Below are positions 1-7,414 of a stretch of 8,508 nucleotides of DNA, one piece after another; the first letter of the stretch is position 1, and the number at the start of each line of letters is the position of its first letter. A model generated the notes under the pieces. That model made no database searches. It was not told where the DNA came from and was given only the letters and a program-made list of their open reading frames with translations. The DNA is from a virus (lineage: Duplodnaviria > Heunggongvirae > Uroviricota > Caudoviricetes), in the IMG/VR virus record IMGVR_UViG_2541047956_000009; one strand, 5' to 3'. The translations under genes were made by a program, and so were the position numbers.

Positions 1-2241
1 ACAGAGCTTGTGGAGGACACGCAGGCCATTGCCCGTTACGGTCGTAACGTCACGAAGATGGATGCCTTTGGCTGTACCAGTCGGGGGCAGGCACACCGAG
101 CCGGGCTGTGGCTGATTAAAACGGAACTGCTGGAAACGCAGACCGTGGATTTCAGCGTGGGCGCAGAAGGGCTTCGCCATGTGCCGGGCGATGTTATTGA
201 AATCTGCGATGATGACTATGCGGGTATCAGCATCGGCGGGCGCGTGCTGGCGGTGAACAGCCAGACCCGGACGCTGACGCTCGACCGTGAAATCACTCTG
301 CCATCCTCCGGTACCACGCTGATAAGCCTGGTTGACGGAAGCGGCAATCCGGTCAGCGTGGAGGTCCAGTCCGTCACCGACGGCGTGAAGGTAAAAGTGA
401 GCCGGGTTCCTGACGGCGTTGCCGGATACAGCGTGTGGGGGCTGAAGTTGCCGACGTTGCGCCAGCGCCTGTTCCGCTGCGTGAGTATCCGGGAGAACGA
501 TGACGGTACGTATGCCATCACCGCCGTGCAGCATGTACCGGAAAAAGAAGCCATCGTGGATAACGGGGCGCACTTTGACGGTGACCAGAGCGGCACGGTG
601 AATGGTGTCATGCCGCCAGCGGTGCAGCACCTGACCGCCGAAGTCACCGCAGACAGCGGGGAATATCAGGTGCTGGCGCGCTGGGACACGCCGAAGGTGG
701 TGAAGGGGGTGAGCTTTATGCTTCGCCTGACCGTGGCAGCGGATGACGGCAGTGAGCGGCTGGTCAGCACGGCCCGGACGACGGAAACCACATACCGCTT
801 CAGGCAACTGGCGCCAGGGAACTACAGGCTGACAGTCCGGGCGGCAAATGCCTGGGGACAGCAGGGCGATCCGGCGTCGGTATTGTTCCGGATTGCCGCA
901 CCGGCAGCGCCGTCGCGGATTGAGCTGACGCCGGGCTATTTTCAGATAACCGCCACGCCGCATCTTGCCGTTTATGATCCGACGGTACAGTTTGAATTCT
1001 GGTTCTCGGAAAAGCGGATTGCGGATATCAGGCAGGTTGAAACCACAGCCCGCTATCTTGGCACGGCGCTGTACTGGATAGCTGCCAGTATCAATATCAA
1101 GCCGGGCCATGATTATTATTTTTACATCCGCAGTGTGAACACCGTTGGCAAATCGGCATTCGTGGAGGCTGTTGGCCAGCCGAGTGATGATGCATCCGGC
1201 TATCTGGATTTTTTCAAAGGAGAGATAGGGAAAACCCATCTGGCTCAGGAGTTGTGGACGCAGATTGATAACGGTCAGCTTGCGCCTGACCTGGCGGAAA
1301 TCAGAACGTCCATCACGGATGTCAGTAATGAAATCACGCAGACCGTCAATAAGAAACTGGAAGACCAGAGTGCAGCGATCCAGCAGATACAGAAGGTTCA
1401 GGTTGATACAAATAATAACCTGAACAGCATGTGGGCTGTGAAGCTGCAGCAGATGCAGGACGGACGCCTTTATATCGCGGGTATTGGTGCCGGTATTGAA
1501 AACACCCCTGACGGCATGCAGAGTCAGGTGCTGCTGGCGGCAGACAGGATTGCGATGATTAATCCTGCGAATGGCAACACAAAGCCGATGTTTGTTGGTC
1601 AGGGCGATCAGATATTTATGAATGAAGTGTTCCTGAAATATCTGACGGCTCCCACCATTACCAGCGGCGGTAATCCTCCGGCATTTTCCCTGACACCGGA
1701 CGGGCGGCTGACGGCGAAAAATGCCGATATCAGCGGTAACGTGAATGCGAACTCCGGGACGCTCAACAACGTCACGATTAACGAGAACTGTCGGGTTCTG
1801 GGAAAACTGTCCGCGAACCAGATTGAAGGCGATCTCGTTAAAACAGTGGGCAAAGCTTTCCCCCGGGACTCCCGTGCACCGGAGCGGTGGCCATCAGGGA
1901 CCATTACCGTCAGGGTTTATGACGATCAGCCGTTTGACCGGCAGATTGTTATTCCGGCGGTGGCATTCAGCGGCGCTAAACATGAGAGAGAGCATACTGA
2001 TATTTACTCCTCATGCCGTCTGATAGTGCGGAAAAACGGTGCTGAAATTTATAACCGTACCGCGCTGGATAATACGCTGATTTACAGTGGCGTTATTGAT
2101 ATGCCTGCCGGTCACGGTCACATGACGCTGGAGTTTTCGGTGTCAGCATGGCTGGTAAATGACTGGTATCCCACAGCAAGTATCAGCGATTTGCTGGTTG
2201 TGGTGATGAAGAAAGCCACTGCAGGCATCACGATTAGCTGA
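1..2241 (+). CDS. J: Tail tip / host-specificity protein J, C-terminal ~746 aa (5' end outside window)
   Basis: Frame-1 ORF is open from base 1 (the listed GTG at 10 is an internal codon) to TGA at 2239-2241. The N-terminal part of the translation ([51 protein letters not shown]...) matches lambda gpJ as I recall it almost residue for residue; the C-terminal part is recognisably J-like but divergent. Confidence 0.93.
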   Translation, partial: TELVEDTQAIARYGRNVTKMDAFGCTSRGQAHRAGLWLIKTELLETQTVDFSVGAEGLRHVPGDVIEICDDDYAGISIGGRVLAVNSQTRTLTLDREITLPSSGTTLISLVDGSGNPVSVEVQSVTDGVKVKVSRVPDGVAGYSVWGLKLPTLRQRLFRCVSIRENDDGTYAITAVQHVPEKEAIVDNGAHFDGDQSGTVNGVMPPAVQHLTAEVTADSGEYQVLARWDTPKVVKGVSFMLRLTVAADDGSERLVSTARTTETTYRFRQLAPGNYRLTVRAANAWGQQGDPASVLFRIAAPAAPSRIELTPGYFQITATPHLAVYDPTVQFEFWFSEKRIADIRQVETTARYLGTALYWIAASINIKPGHDYYFYIRSVNTVGKSAFVEAVGQPSDDASGYLDFFKGEIGKTHLAQELWTQIDNGQLAPDLAEIRTSITDVSNEITQTVNKKLEDQSAAIQQIQKVQVDTNNNLNSMWAVKLQQMQDGRLYIAGIGAGIENTPDGMQSQVLLAADRIAMINPANGNTKPMFVGQGDQIFMNEVFLKYLTAPTITSGGNPPAFSLTPDGRLTAKNADISGNVNANSGTLNNVTINENCRVLGKLSANQIEGDLVKTVGKAFPRDSRAPERWPSGTITVRVYDDQPFDRQIVIPAVAFSGAKHEREHTDIYSSCRLIVRKNGAEIYNRTALDNTLIYSGVIDMPAGHGHMTLEFSVSAWLVNDWYPTASISDLLVVVMKKATAGITIS

Positions 2242-2260
2242 ATTTTATAACCCAGATACG

Positions 2261-2287
2261 GGCGCCAGAAATGGCGCCTTTTTTATT
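2261..2287 (+). terminator. Intrinsic terminator downstream of J
   Basis: Perfect inverted repeat GGCGCC (2261-2266) / GGCGCC (2273-2278) with a 6-nt loop, followed directly by TTTTTTATT. Confidence 0.6.
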
Positions 2288-2308
2288 GCAGAAAAGCGAG
2301 AGGTAATT

Positions 2309-2908
2309 ATGCGTAAATTATGTGCTGTTATTCTGTCCGCAGTAGTCTGGCTGGTTGCCGCTGGTACGCCAGCGAGCGCAGCAGAGCATCAGTCCACACT
2401 AAGCGCCGGGTATCTTCAGACCCATACTGATATGCCAGGCAGCGATGACCTGAAGGGCATTAACGTGAAATACCGTTATGAATTTACGGACACGCTGGGG
2501 CTGGTGACGTCATTCAGCTATGCAGGAGACAAGAATCGCCAGCTTACCCGTTACAGCGATACCCGCAGGCATGAAGATTCCGTTCGTAACCGCTGGTTCA
2601 GCGTGATGGCGGGGCCATCTGTACGCGTGAATGAATGGTTCAGTGCTTATGCGATGGCAGGTGTGGCTTACAGCCGTGTTTCGACGTTCTCCGGGGATTA
2701 TCTCCGCGTAACTGACAACAAGGGGAAAACGCACGATGTGCTGACCGGAAGTGATGACGATCGCCACAGCAACACGTCTCTGGCGTGGGGAGCTGGCGTG
2801 CAGTTTAACCCGACCGAATCCGTGGCCATTGATATTGCTTATGAAGGCTCCGGCAGTGGCGACTGGCGCACTGACGGTTTCATCGTGGGTGTCGGTTATA
2901 AGTTCTGA
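2309..2908 (+). CDS. lom: Lom-family outer membrane beta-barrel protein (Ail/PagC/OmpX family)
   Basis: 199-aa ORF with a signal-peptide-like N-terminus ([35 protein letters not shown]...) and a C-terminal ...[10 protein letters not shown] ending in aromatic residue. Closely matches lambda Lom as recalled. GAGAGG Shine-Dalgarno 8 nt upstream of ATG 2309; position immediately after J as in lambda. Confidence 0.92.
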   Translation: MRKLCAVILSAVVWLVAAGTPASAAEHQSTLSAGYLQTHTDMPGSDDLKGINVKYRYEFTDTLGLVTSFSYAGDKNRQLTRYSDTRRHEDSVRNRWFSVMAGPSVRVNEWFSAYAMAGVAYSRVSTFSGDYLRVTDNKGKTHDVLTGSDDDRHSNTSLAWGAGVQFNPTESVAIDIAYEGSGSGDWRTDGFIVGVGYKF

Positions 2909-2934
2909 TTAGCCAGGTAACACAGTGTTATGAC

Positions 2935-2962
2935 AGCCCGCCGGTTCAGGCGGGCTTTTTTG
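2935..2962 (+). terminator. Intrinsic terminator downstream of lom
   Basis: Stem AGCCCGCC (2935-2942) / GGCGGGCT (2949-2956) with loop GGTTCA, followed by TTTTTT (2957-2962). Confidence 0.6.
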
Positions 2963-2972
2963 TGGAGTGGAT

Positions 2973-5330
2973 ATGGCAGCAGTAAAAATCTCAGGTGTGC
3001 TGAAAGATGGTGCGGGAAAACCAATACAGAACTGCACTATTCAACTGAAGGCAAAGCGTAACAGCACCACGGTACTGGTGAACACGGTGGCTTCTGAAAA
3101 TCCGGATGAAGCCGGACGTTACAGCATGGATGTTGAGTATGGCCAGTACAGCGTCACCCTGCTGGTTGAAGGTTTTCCGCCTTCACATGCCGGGACCATT
3201 ACCGTCTATGAAGGCTCCAGACCAGGTACGCTGAATGATTTTCTCGGTGCCATGACGGAAGAGGATGTCATGCCGGAGGCATTGCGTCGTTTTGAGGAAA
3301 TGGTGGAAGAAGCGGCACGCAACGCTGAAGCCGCCTCTCAGAGCGCAGCGGCGGCAAAGAAATCCGAAACTGCAGCGGCATCATCGAAGAACGCGGCGAA
3401 AACCTCAGAAACGAATGCAGCTAATAGTGCACAGGCGGCAGCGACCTCAAAGACTGCATCGGCAAACTCCGCGACAGCAGCCAAAAAATCAGAAACCAAC
3501 GCGAAAAATAGCGAGACAGCCGCAAAGACGAGCGAAACCAACGCAAAGTCCAGCCAGACGGCAGCGAAAACCAGCGAAACGAATGCCAAAGCCAGTGAAA
3601 CTGCGGCGAAAAATAGCCAGAATGCAGCAGCCGAAAGCGAGAGTGCGGCAGCTGGTTCTGCGACTTCAGCAGCTGGATCAGCAACTGCTGCGGCTAACAG
3701 CCAGAAAGCAGCGAAGACGAGCGAAACTAACGCAAAGTCCAGCCAGACGGCAGCGAAGACCAGCGAAACGAATGCCAAAGCCAGCGAAACTGCGGCGAAA
3801 AGCAGTCAGGATGCAGCAGCCCAAAGCGAGAGTGCCGCAGCTGGTTCTGCAACAGCGGCAGCTAATAGCCAAAAAGCTGCAAAAACCAGTGAAACTAACG
3901 CAAAGACGAGTGAAACAAAAGCAGCAGCTAGCGAGACAGAAGCAACGTCAGCCGCAACAAGAGCAGAGAATGCAGCCCGGATTGCAGAAGATGCCGCTGA
4001 TCCTGCTTCTGTCCCTCCGCTTCCTGATATCTGGCTACCCTTGAATGATTCTCTGGAAGCGATAACAGGGTATGCCCCGGGCTATAAAACAATAACCATC
4101 GGCAGTGATGAAATAACAATGCCTGTTAATGGCATATGCCAATTTAGCCGGGCTTCATCTGCAACGTATATTGATAAGTCCGGGCATATTACCGTGGCAG
4201 GGAATAACGTTCCTCGTTTTGAAAAATATGGTTTGCTGATAGAGAATCAGCGAACAAACATGTTCGTAAATAGTTTTAATCCTGATGCCTGGAATAAAAG
4301 CGGTGGTATATCTGTAACATCATCAACAGATGAATTTGAGTTTAAATATGGACGTTTCACGGTAGGAAGCGATATAGCAGGAACGACAACAGGGAGAAAT
4401 ATATGCACAGTTGCTGGTAACAAAGGCATAGATGTGACTGGCGATGATCAGTACAGTAAAGGTCCGTATGTTACCGCGTCGTTCAGGGTAAGAAGTGATC
4501 TCAATGTTCGCGCACGTATCCGTTTTGAACGGTATAACTCGGAAGGATACACCTTCCTTTGCGATGCCTATTTGTCATTACAGACCCATGAACTACAAAT
4601 TACTGGTGGCAATGCCCAGCTATTAACAGCAAACTTTGAAATCGATCCTGGTAGTGGATGGATATACTTTCAGGCAACACTGAAATGTCTGCCAGAATGG
4701 GGAATGGTTGGTACGCAGCTGCAAATTGCAGCCGACAGAGCTGTGGGGTCTTTTGCAACAGGTGACTGGATAGAAGTAACCACCCCGCAATTCGAGTATG
4801 GTGCTTGTGCAACTTCCTTCATCATAACGACAACAGAGCCAGCGACTCGTGCATCAGATTTATGTAAATTTCCGCTGATGAAAAATATGTATACCATGCC
4901 TTTTACGTTCATGGTGGAAGTCCATAAAAACTGGTTTATTTCTCATAATGCTGCACCGCGTGTCATTGATTCAGAAAATCACCAGTCCGGAGGCCCATTT
5001 ATTATGGGGTTTGGTTCTTCTGGAACTATTAGTCAGGACGGTTATTCGTATTGCGATATAGGCGGGGCTAACCGACGTGTATATGAATCATGCGGAGTAA
5101 GGGATCTCGTTATGGGATTCAGGGTTAAGGCTGACGGCATGACATGCTCATTTGCAAATAAGCATATAAGCACTGAAACAAAAACAGTATGGAAATATAT
5201 TCGTGAAGCAGCCGTGATTCGTATCGGGGGGCAAACGACGACAGGATTACGACACCTTAATGGTCATATAAAAAACCTCCGTTTCTGGAACAGAGCATTG
5301 TCAGATACGCAGCTTAAGGAATACGTATAA
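2973..5330 (+). CDS. stf: Side tail fibre protein (Stf-like): lambda-type N-terminus, Ala/Ser/Thr/Lys-rich repeat shaft, divergent C-terminal receptor-binding region
   Basis: N-terminus MAAVKISGVLKDGAGKPIQNCTIQLKAKRNSTTVLVNTVASENPDEAGRYSMDVEYGQYSV... matches the lambda Stf N-terminus as recalled. ATG at 2973 with GGAG 5 nt upstream is the likely start (the ORF track's 2967 is an upstream GTG). A long low-complexity AAKTSETNAK-type repeat region is followed by ~440 aa unlike lambda Stf, ending ...IKNLRFWNRALSDTQLKEYV, a motif I recognise from LamG/concanavalin-A-like lectin domains. Confidence 0.85.
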   Translation: MAAVKISGVLKDGAGKPIQNCTIQLKAKRNSTTVLVNTVASENPDEAGRYSMDVEYGQYSVTLLVEGFPPSHAGTITVYEGSRPGTLNDFLGAMTEEDVMPEALRRFEEMVEEAARNAEAASQSAAAAKKSETAAASSKNAAKTSETNAANSAQAAATSKTASANSATAAKKSETNAKNSETAAKTSETNAKSSQTAAKTSETNAKASETAAKNSQNAAAESESAAAGSATSAAGSATAAANSQKAAKTSETNAKSSQTAAKTSETNAKASETAAKSSQDAAAQSESAAAGSATAAANSQKAAKTSETNAKTSETKAAASETEATSAATRAENAARIAEDAADPASVPPLPDIWLPLNDSLEAITGYAPGYKTITIGSDEITMPVNGICQFSRASSATYIDKSGHITVAGNNVPRFEKYGLLIENQRTNMFVNSFNPDAWNKSGGISVTSSTDEFEFKYGRFTVGSDIAGTTTGRNICTVAGNKGIDVTGDDQYSKGPYVTASFRVRSDLNVRARIRFERYNSEGYTFLCDAYLSLQTHELQITGGNAQLLTANFEIDPGSGWIYFQATLKCLPEWGMVGTQLQIAADRAVGSFATGDWIEVTTPQFEYGACATSFIITTTEPATRASDLCKFPLMKNMYTMPFTFMVEVHKNWFISHNAAPRVIDSENHQSGGPFIMGFGSSGTISQDGYSYCDIGGANRRVYESCGVRDLVMGFRVKADGMTCSFANKHISTETKTVWKYIREAAVIRIGGQTTTGLRHLNGHIKNLRFWNRALSDTQLKEYV
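3525..3885 (+). repeat. Intragenic direct tandem duplication (~189 bp unit, second copy ~21 bp shorter) within stf
   Basis: The sequence from 3525 (aagacgagcgaaaccaacgcaaagtccagccagacggcagcgaaaaccagcgaaacgaatgccaaagccag...) recurs from 3714 (aagacgagcgaaactaacgcaaagtccagccagacggcagcgaagaccagcgaaacgaatgccaaagccag...) with few mismatches. Protein level: KTSETNAKSSQTAAKTSETNAKASETAAK...SESAAAGSAT...AANSQKAA occurs twice. A shorter degenerate SETNAK-type periodicity spans ~3340-3960. Confidence 0.75.
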
Positions 5331-5599
5331 TGCGGGATATAACATTACGATTCGATAACAGAGAACAGTTTAACGCAATTGTATATGACAGTGGCCTGTT
5401 CAGTCTTGAAGAAGAAAACGGGGTTCTTGTTGATGTTATTGGCTGCATTATCGATTACGAGGAGCCAGAAAACGAAAGATGTACAGGCATTGATCGCGGT
5501 GGTTTTTTCGTAAACATGAGGATTGTTGATAGCAGTAAAAACATATCTTCTTTAATGCCTTTCATTACGACAGATCAGCATGTAAGGACATGGGCTTAA
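5330..5599 (+). CDS. Hypothetical 89-aa acidic protein, translationally coupled to stf
   Basis: ATG at 5330-5332 overlaps the stf TAA stop (5328-5330) in the sequence ATAATG; AAGGA 9 nt upstream. AT-rich. No family recognised and no resemblance to lambda Tfa. Confidence 0.5.
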   Translation: MRDITLRFDNREQFNAIVYDSGLFSLEEENGVLVDVIGCIIDYEEPENERCTGIDRGGFFVNMRIVDSSKNISSLMPFITTDQHVRTWA

Positions 5600-5611
5600 T
5601 GGAGTAAGACA

Positions 5612-6652
5612 ATGGTTACAAAAACAGTAATTCCTGATGATATCAAAACGCTAAAATCCGACGTTAGCAAATTAAAAAACGATCAAGGGAGCTACGCAAC
5701 AAAATCATATGTAGACAATAAAACAACATGGAATAGTTATTGCAATGTAATCTATGATCAAAAGACATTGCCGACCACTGGAACTATATTTAGCGGTAAG
5801 ATTCACTTGTCAAATAAGACAGGAGAAACCGAAAACGCTTATAGTGAGATGTACACCAGAAAAAATATTGACGGTACAAAAGATACAATGACAAGGATTG
5901 TCACACACAATGGAACAAAAGGTATCTTTTGGGATTTTAGCGATCTTTACGGCGGAACATTAATTTTTCCAGGCAGTGATGGTTACCTTAAGATGGGGAA
6001 CTGTCTCATGTCGTATGGTGTGCGGGGAAGTAACGCGCTTATTAAGTTTGACTGCACAGACACATTACAAATCAAATATGCTAATCACGGGTCGACCATG
6101 ACACTAAACACGCAAGGTACGGCGTATTCTGGTGTGTCGACGTTATTATGGGGAAATTCCAGTCGTCCAGTTGTTTATGAAATTAGGGATGATGGCGGGC
6201 TTTTTTTGTTTTATGCACAAAGGAACCCAGATAAAACCTATCAGCTTGAGATAAACGGGCCATGCAAGGCAACATCATTCGACCAGGTGTCGGACAGAGA
6301 TCTTAAAGAAAACATTCGGGTTATTGATAATGCCACTGAACGCATCAGATTAATGAATGGGTATACTTACCGTCTCAAGTCTAATGGTATGCCTTATGCT
6401 GGCGTTATTGCGCAAGAGGCACTTAATGCAATCCCTGAATCAGTTGGTAGCACAATAAAGTACAAGAGCGGGGACAATGGGTCTGATGGAGAAGAGGGAG
6501 AAAGATACTATACCGTCGATTACTCAGGCGTAACGGGTTTGCTTGTTCAGGTAGCCAGAGAGTCAGACGACAGAATAACAGCACTGGAAGAAGAAAACGC
6601 AGAATTAAAACAAAGATTATCTGCAATTGAGGCGGCGCTTGCGTCCAAATAA
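5612..6652 (+). CDS. Tail-fibre-like protein with C-terminal intramolecular chaperone (peptidase S74-type) autoproteolytic domain
   Basis: 346-aa ORF, GGAG 7 nt upstream of ATG 5612. C-terminal ~120 aa (...FDQVSDRDLKENIRVIDNATERIRLMNGYTYRLKSNG...AGVIAQEALNAIPESV...DDRITALEEENAELKQRLSAIEAAL) has the S-D-x-x-x-K-E-N-I signature and terminal helical segment typical of self-cleaving chaperone domains of endosialidases and L-shaped tail fibres. The N-terminal ~225 aa is Thr/Gly/Asn/Tyr-rich and of unknown fold. Confidence 0.75.
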   Translation: MVTKTVIPDDIKTLKSDVSKLKNDQGSYATKSYVDNKTTWNSYCNVIYDQKTLPTTGTIFSGKIHLSNKTGETENAYSEMYTRKNIDGTKDTMTRIVTHNGTKGIFWDFSDLYGGTLIFPGSDGYLKMGNCLMSYGVRGSNALIKFDCTDTLQIKYANHGSTMTLNTQGTAYSGVSTLLWGNSSRPVVYEIRDDGGLFLFYAQRNPDKTYQLEINGPCKATSFDQVSDRDLKENIRVIDNATERIRLMNGYTYRLKSNGMPYAGVIAQEALNAIPESVGSTIKYKSGDNGSDGEEGERYYTVDYSGVTGLLVQVARESDDRITALEEENAELKQRLSAIEAALASK

Positions 6653-6658
6653 TATTAA

Positions 6659-6682
6659 GGGGGCCGAGCGCCCCGTTTTATT
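6659..6682 (+). terminator. Possible weak intrinsic terminator after the fibre-like gene
   Basis: Short GC stem GGGGC (6660-6664) / GCCCC (6670-6674) with a 5-nt loop, followed by GTTTTATT. The stem is only 5 bp. Confidence 0.35.
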
Positions 6683-6689
6683 GGGTAGG

Positions 6690-6983
6690 ATGAAAATGGA
6701 TATAACACCTTTCCTTCATGCACTTTGTGCTGTGGCTGCGCAGCTACTGATTGGTCTTTTTACCGGGAACTGGGCTTACGGGGCGATAGCCGGTTGTACA
6801 TTCTTCATTGCGCGGGAACACACCCAGGCAGAATATCGCTGGATTGAAATGTTCGGGCATGGCAAGCGTATGAATATGCCGTGGTGGGGCGGTTTTGATC
6901 CACGTGCATGGGATGTGGCAAGCCTGATGGATTTTGCTGTGCCGGTGGTGGCGTGTCTGCTGATCTGGATGTTGATCCGTTAA
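6690..6983 (+). CDS. Small hydrophobic (membrane) protein, ~97 aa, function unknown
   Basis: The ORF is open from 6627, but a GGGTAGGA purine tract sits just before ATG 6690 and ATG 6696 (MKMDITPF...), so the first 21 codons are probably untranslated. Two clear hydrophobic segments (LHALCAVAAQLLIGLFTGNWAYGAIAGCTFFIA and VASLMDFAVPVVACLLIWMLI). Visibly GC-richer than the genes on either side. Confidence 0.55.
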   Translation: MKMDITPFLHALCAVAAQLLIGLFTGNWAYGAIAGCTFFIAREHTQAEYRWIEMFGHGKRMNMPWWGGFDPRAWDVASLMDFAVPVVACLLIWMLIR

Positions 6984-6999
6984 ATATAAAAAGTAAAAA

Positions 7000-7033
7000 G
7001 CCGCAGTAACTTGTCATGATAGGATACTGCGGC
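7000..7033 (-). terminator. Hairpin terminator, likely ending the DinI-like transcript
   Basis: 9-bp inverted repeat GCCGCAGTA (7000-7008) / TACTGCGGC (7025-7033) with a 16-nt loop. On the - strand the hairpin is followed by a U-rich tract (+ strand 6985-6999 is A-rich). No T-run follows on the + strand, so termination of the + strand membrane gene here would be weak. Confidence 0.45.
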
Positions 7034-7100
7034 TGGCTGGTTAACTTTCGATAGTGCGAGTATTGAATGATTTCCAGCCGTTACCGATTTTACGTGTTAA

Positions 7101-7349
7101 TTAGTGAACAAACCACTCGTCAGCAGACTCCCAGGTATCTTTCAGAGTTTCCTGAACAAAAGTTTTAGCTGAATCTTTATCGGCGGTGCGCGTAACAGAA
7201 AGGCCATCGTTGCTGGTGGCTTTTACGATCACCTCTACATCGTCATAACGTTTACTGATGCGTCGGGTTAATTCTTCCTTTAACGCATCCACAGCACCGG
7301 TTGGCATTTTAGTCATTTTTTCTTTGGCTATGCAGATTTCAATACGCAT
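7101..7349 (-). CDS. DinI-family protein (SOS-inducible modulator of RecA, prophage paralogue)
   Basis: 82-aa product [82 protein letters not shown] aligns along its length with E. coli DinI as recalled (MRIE..IAK...P.GA.DAL..EL.RRI...LSV...KD...QET..WESAD.WFV). GAGGGA Shine-Dalgarno (revcomp of 7355-7360) 5 nt upstream of the ATG. Confidence 0.88.
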   Translation of the reverse strand: MRIEICIAKEKMTKMPTGAVDALKEELTRRISKRYDDVEVIVKATSNDGLSVTRTADKDSAKTFVQETLKDTWESADEWFVH

Positions 7350-7362
7350 AAAAGTCCCTCTA

Positions 7363-7414
7363 TACTGTGTTTGTATACAGTGTTATTTTTAACTGTATGG
7401 ATAAACAGTGTCAA
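7363..7414 (-). promoter_or_regulatory. SOS-type promoter of the DinI-like gene: two LexA boxes plus sigma70-like -35/-10
   Basis: Box 1 at 7363-7382 (TACTGTGTTTGTATACAGTG) and box 2 at 7391-7410 (AACTGTATGGATAAACAGTG) both fit CTGT-N8-ACAG exactly. On the - strand a perfect TTGACA (revcomp of 7409-7414) overlaps box 2 and is followed after 17-18 nt by TAAAAAT as a candidate -10, with box 1 over the expected transcription start. Confidence 0.7.

Noticed and set aside
216-2023. ORFs 216-647 (-), 1608-1904 (-) and 1745-2023 (+) inside J
   Set aside because: Fully embedded in the strongly supported J reading frame; typical spurious ORFs in GC-rich coding DNA.
2510-2767. 85-aa - strand ORF inside lom
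   Set aside because: Antisense to a well-supported Lom coding sequence; no recognisable product.
3340-3960. Repeat array as a CRISPR locus
   Set aside because: The repeats are in-frame coding repeats within stf, without the short conserved repeat and unique spacer structure of a CRISPR array.
3265-4044. 259-aa + strand ORF (Arg/Gln/Lys-rich) plus - strand ORFs 3338-3778, 3421-3684, 3678-3872 and 3928-4119, all overlapping the stf repeat region
   Set aside because: Alternate-frame and antisense readings of the low-complexity GCN/AAR repeat DNA of the Stf shaft; their repetitive composition mirrors the repeat. No independent start signals.
4247-4912. Short - strand ORFs (4247-4429, 4600-4812, 4670-4912) within the stf C-terminal region
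   Set aside because: Embedded antisense in the fibre gene; short, with no start-site support.
5330-5599. The 89-aa ORF as the tail fibre assembly gene tfa
   Set aside because: About half the length of lambda Tfa (~194 aa) and no sequence resemblance I can see; kept as a hypothetical protein.
6627-6689. Upstream 21-codon extension (MRRRLRPNNIKGAERPVLLGR) of the membrane-protein ORF
   Set aside because: Overlaps the 3' end of the fibre-like gene and contains the putative terminator hairpin; the purine tract sits just before the internal ATGs at 6690/6696, which are more plausible starts.
6423-7017. - strand ORFs 6423-6626 and 6805-7017
   Set aside because: Antisense to the fibre-like and membrane-protein genes; the second runs across the terminator hairpin. 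No support.
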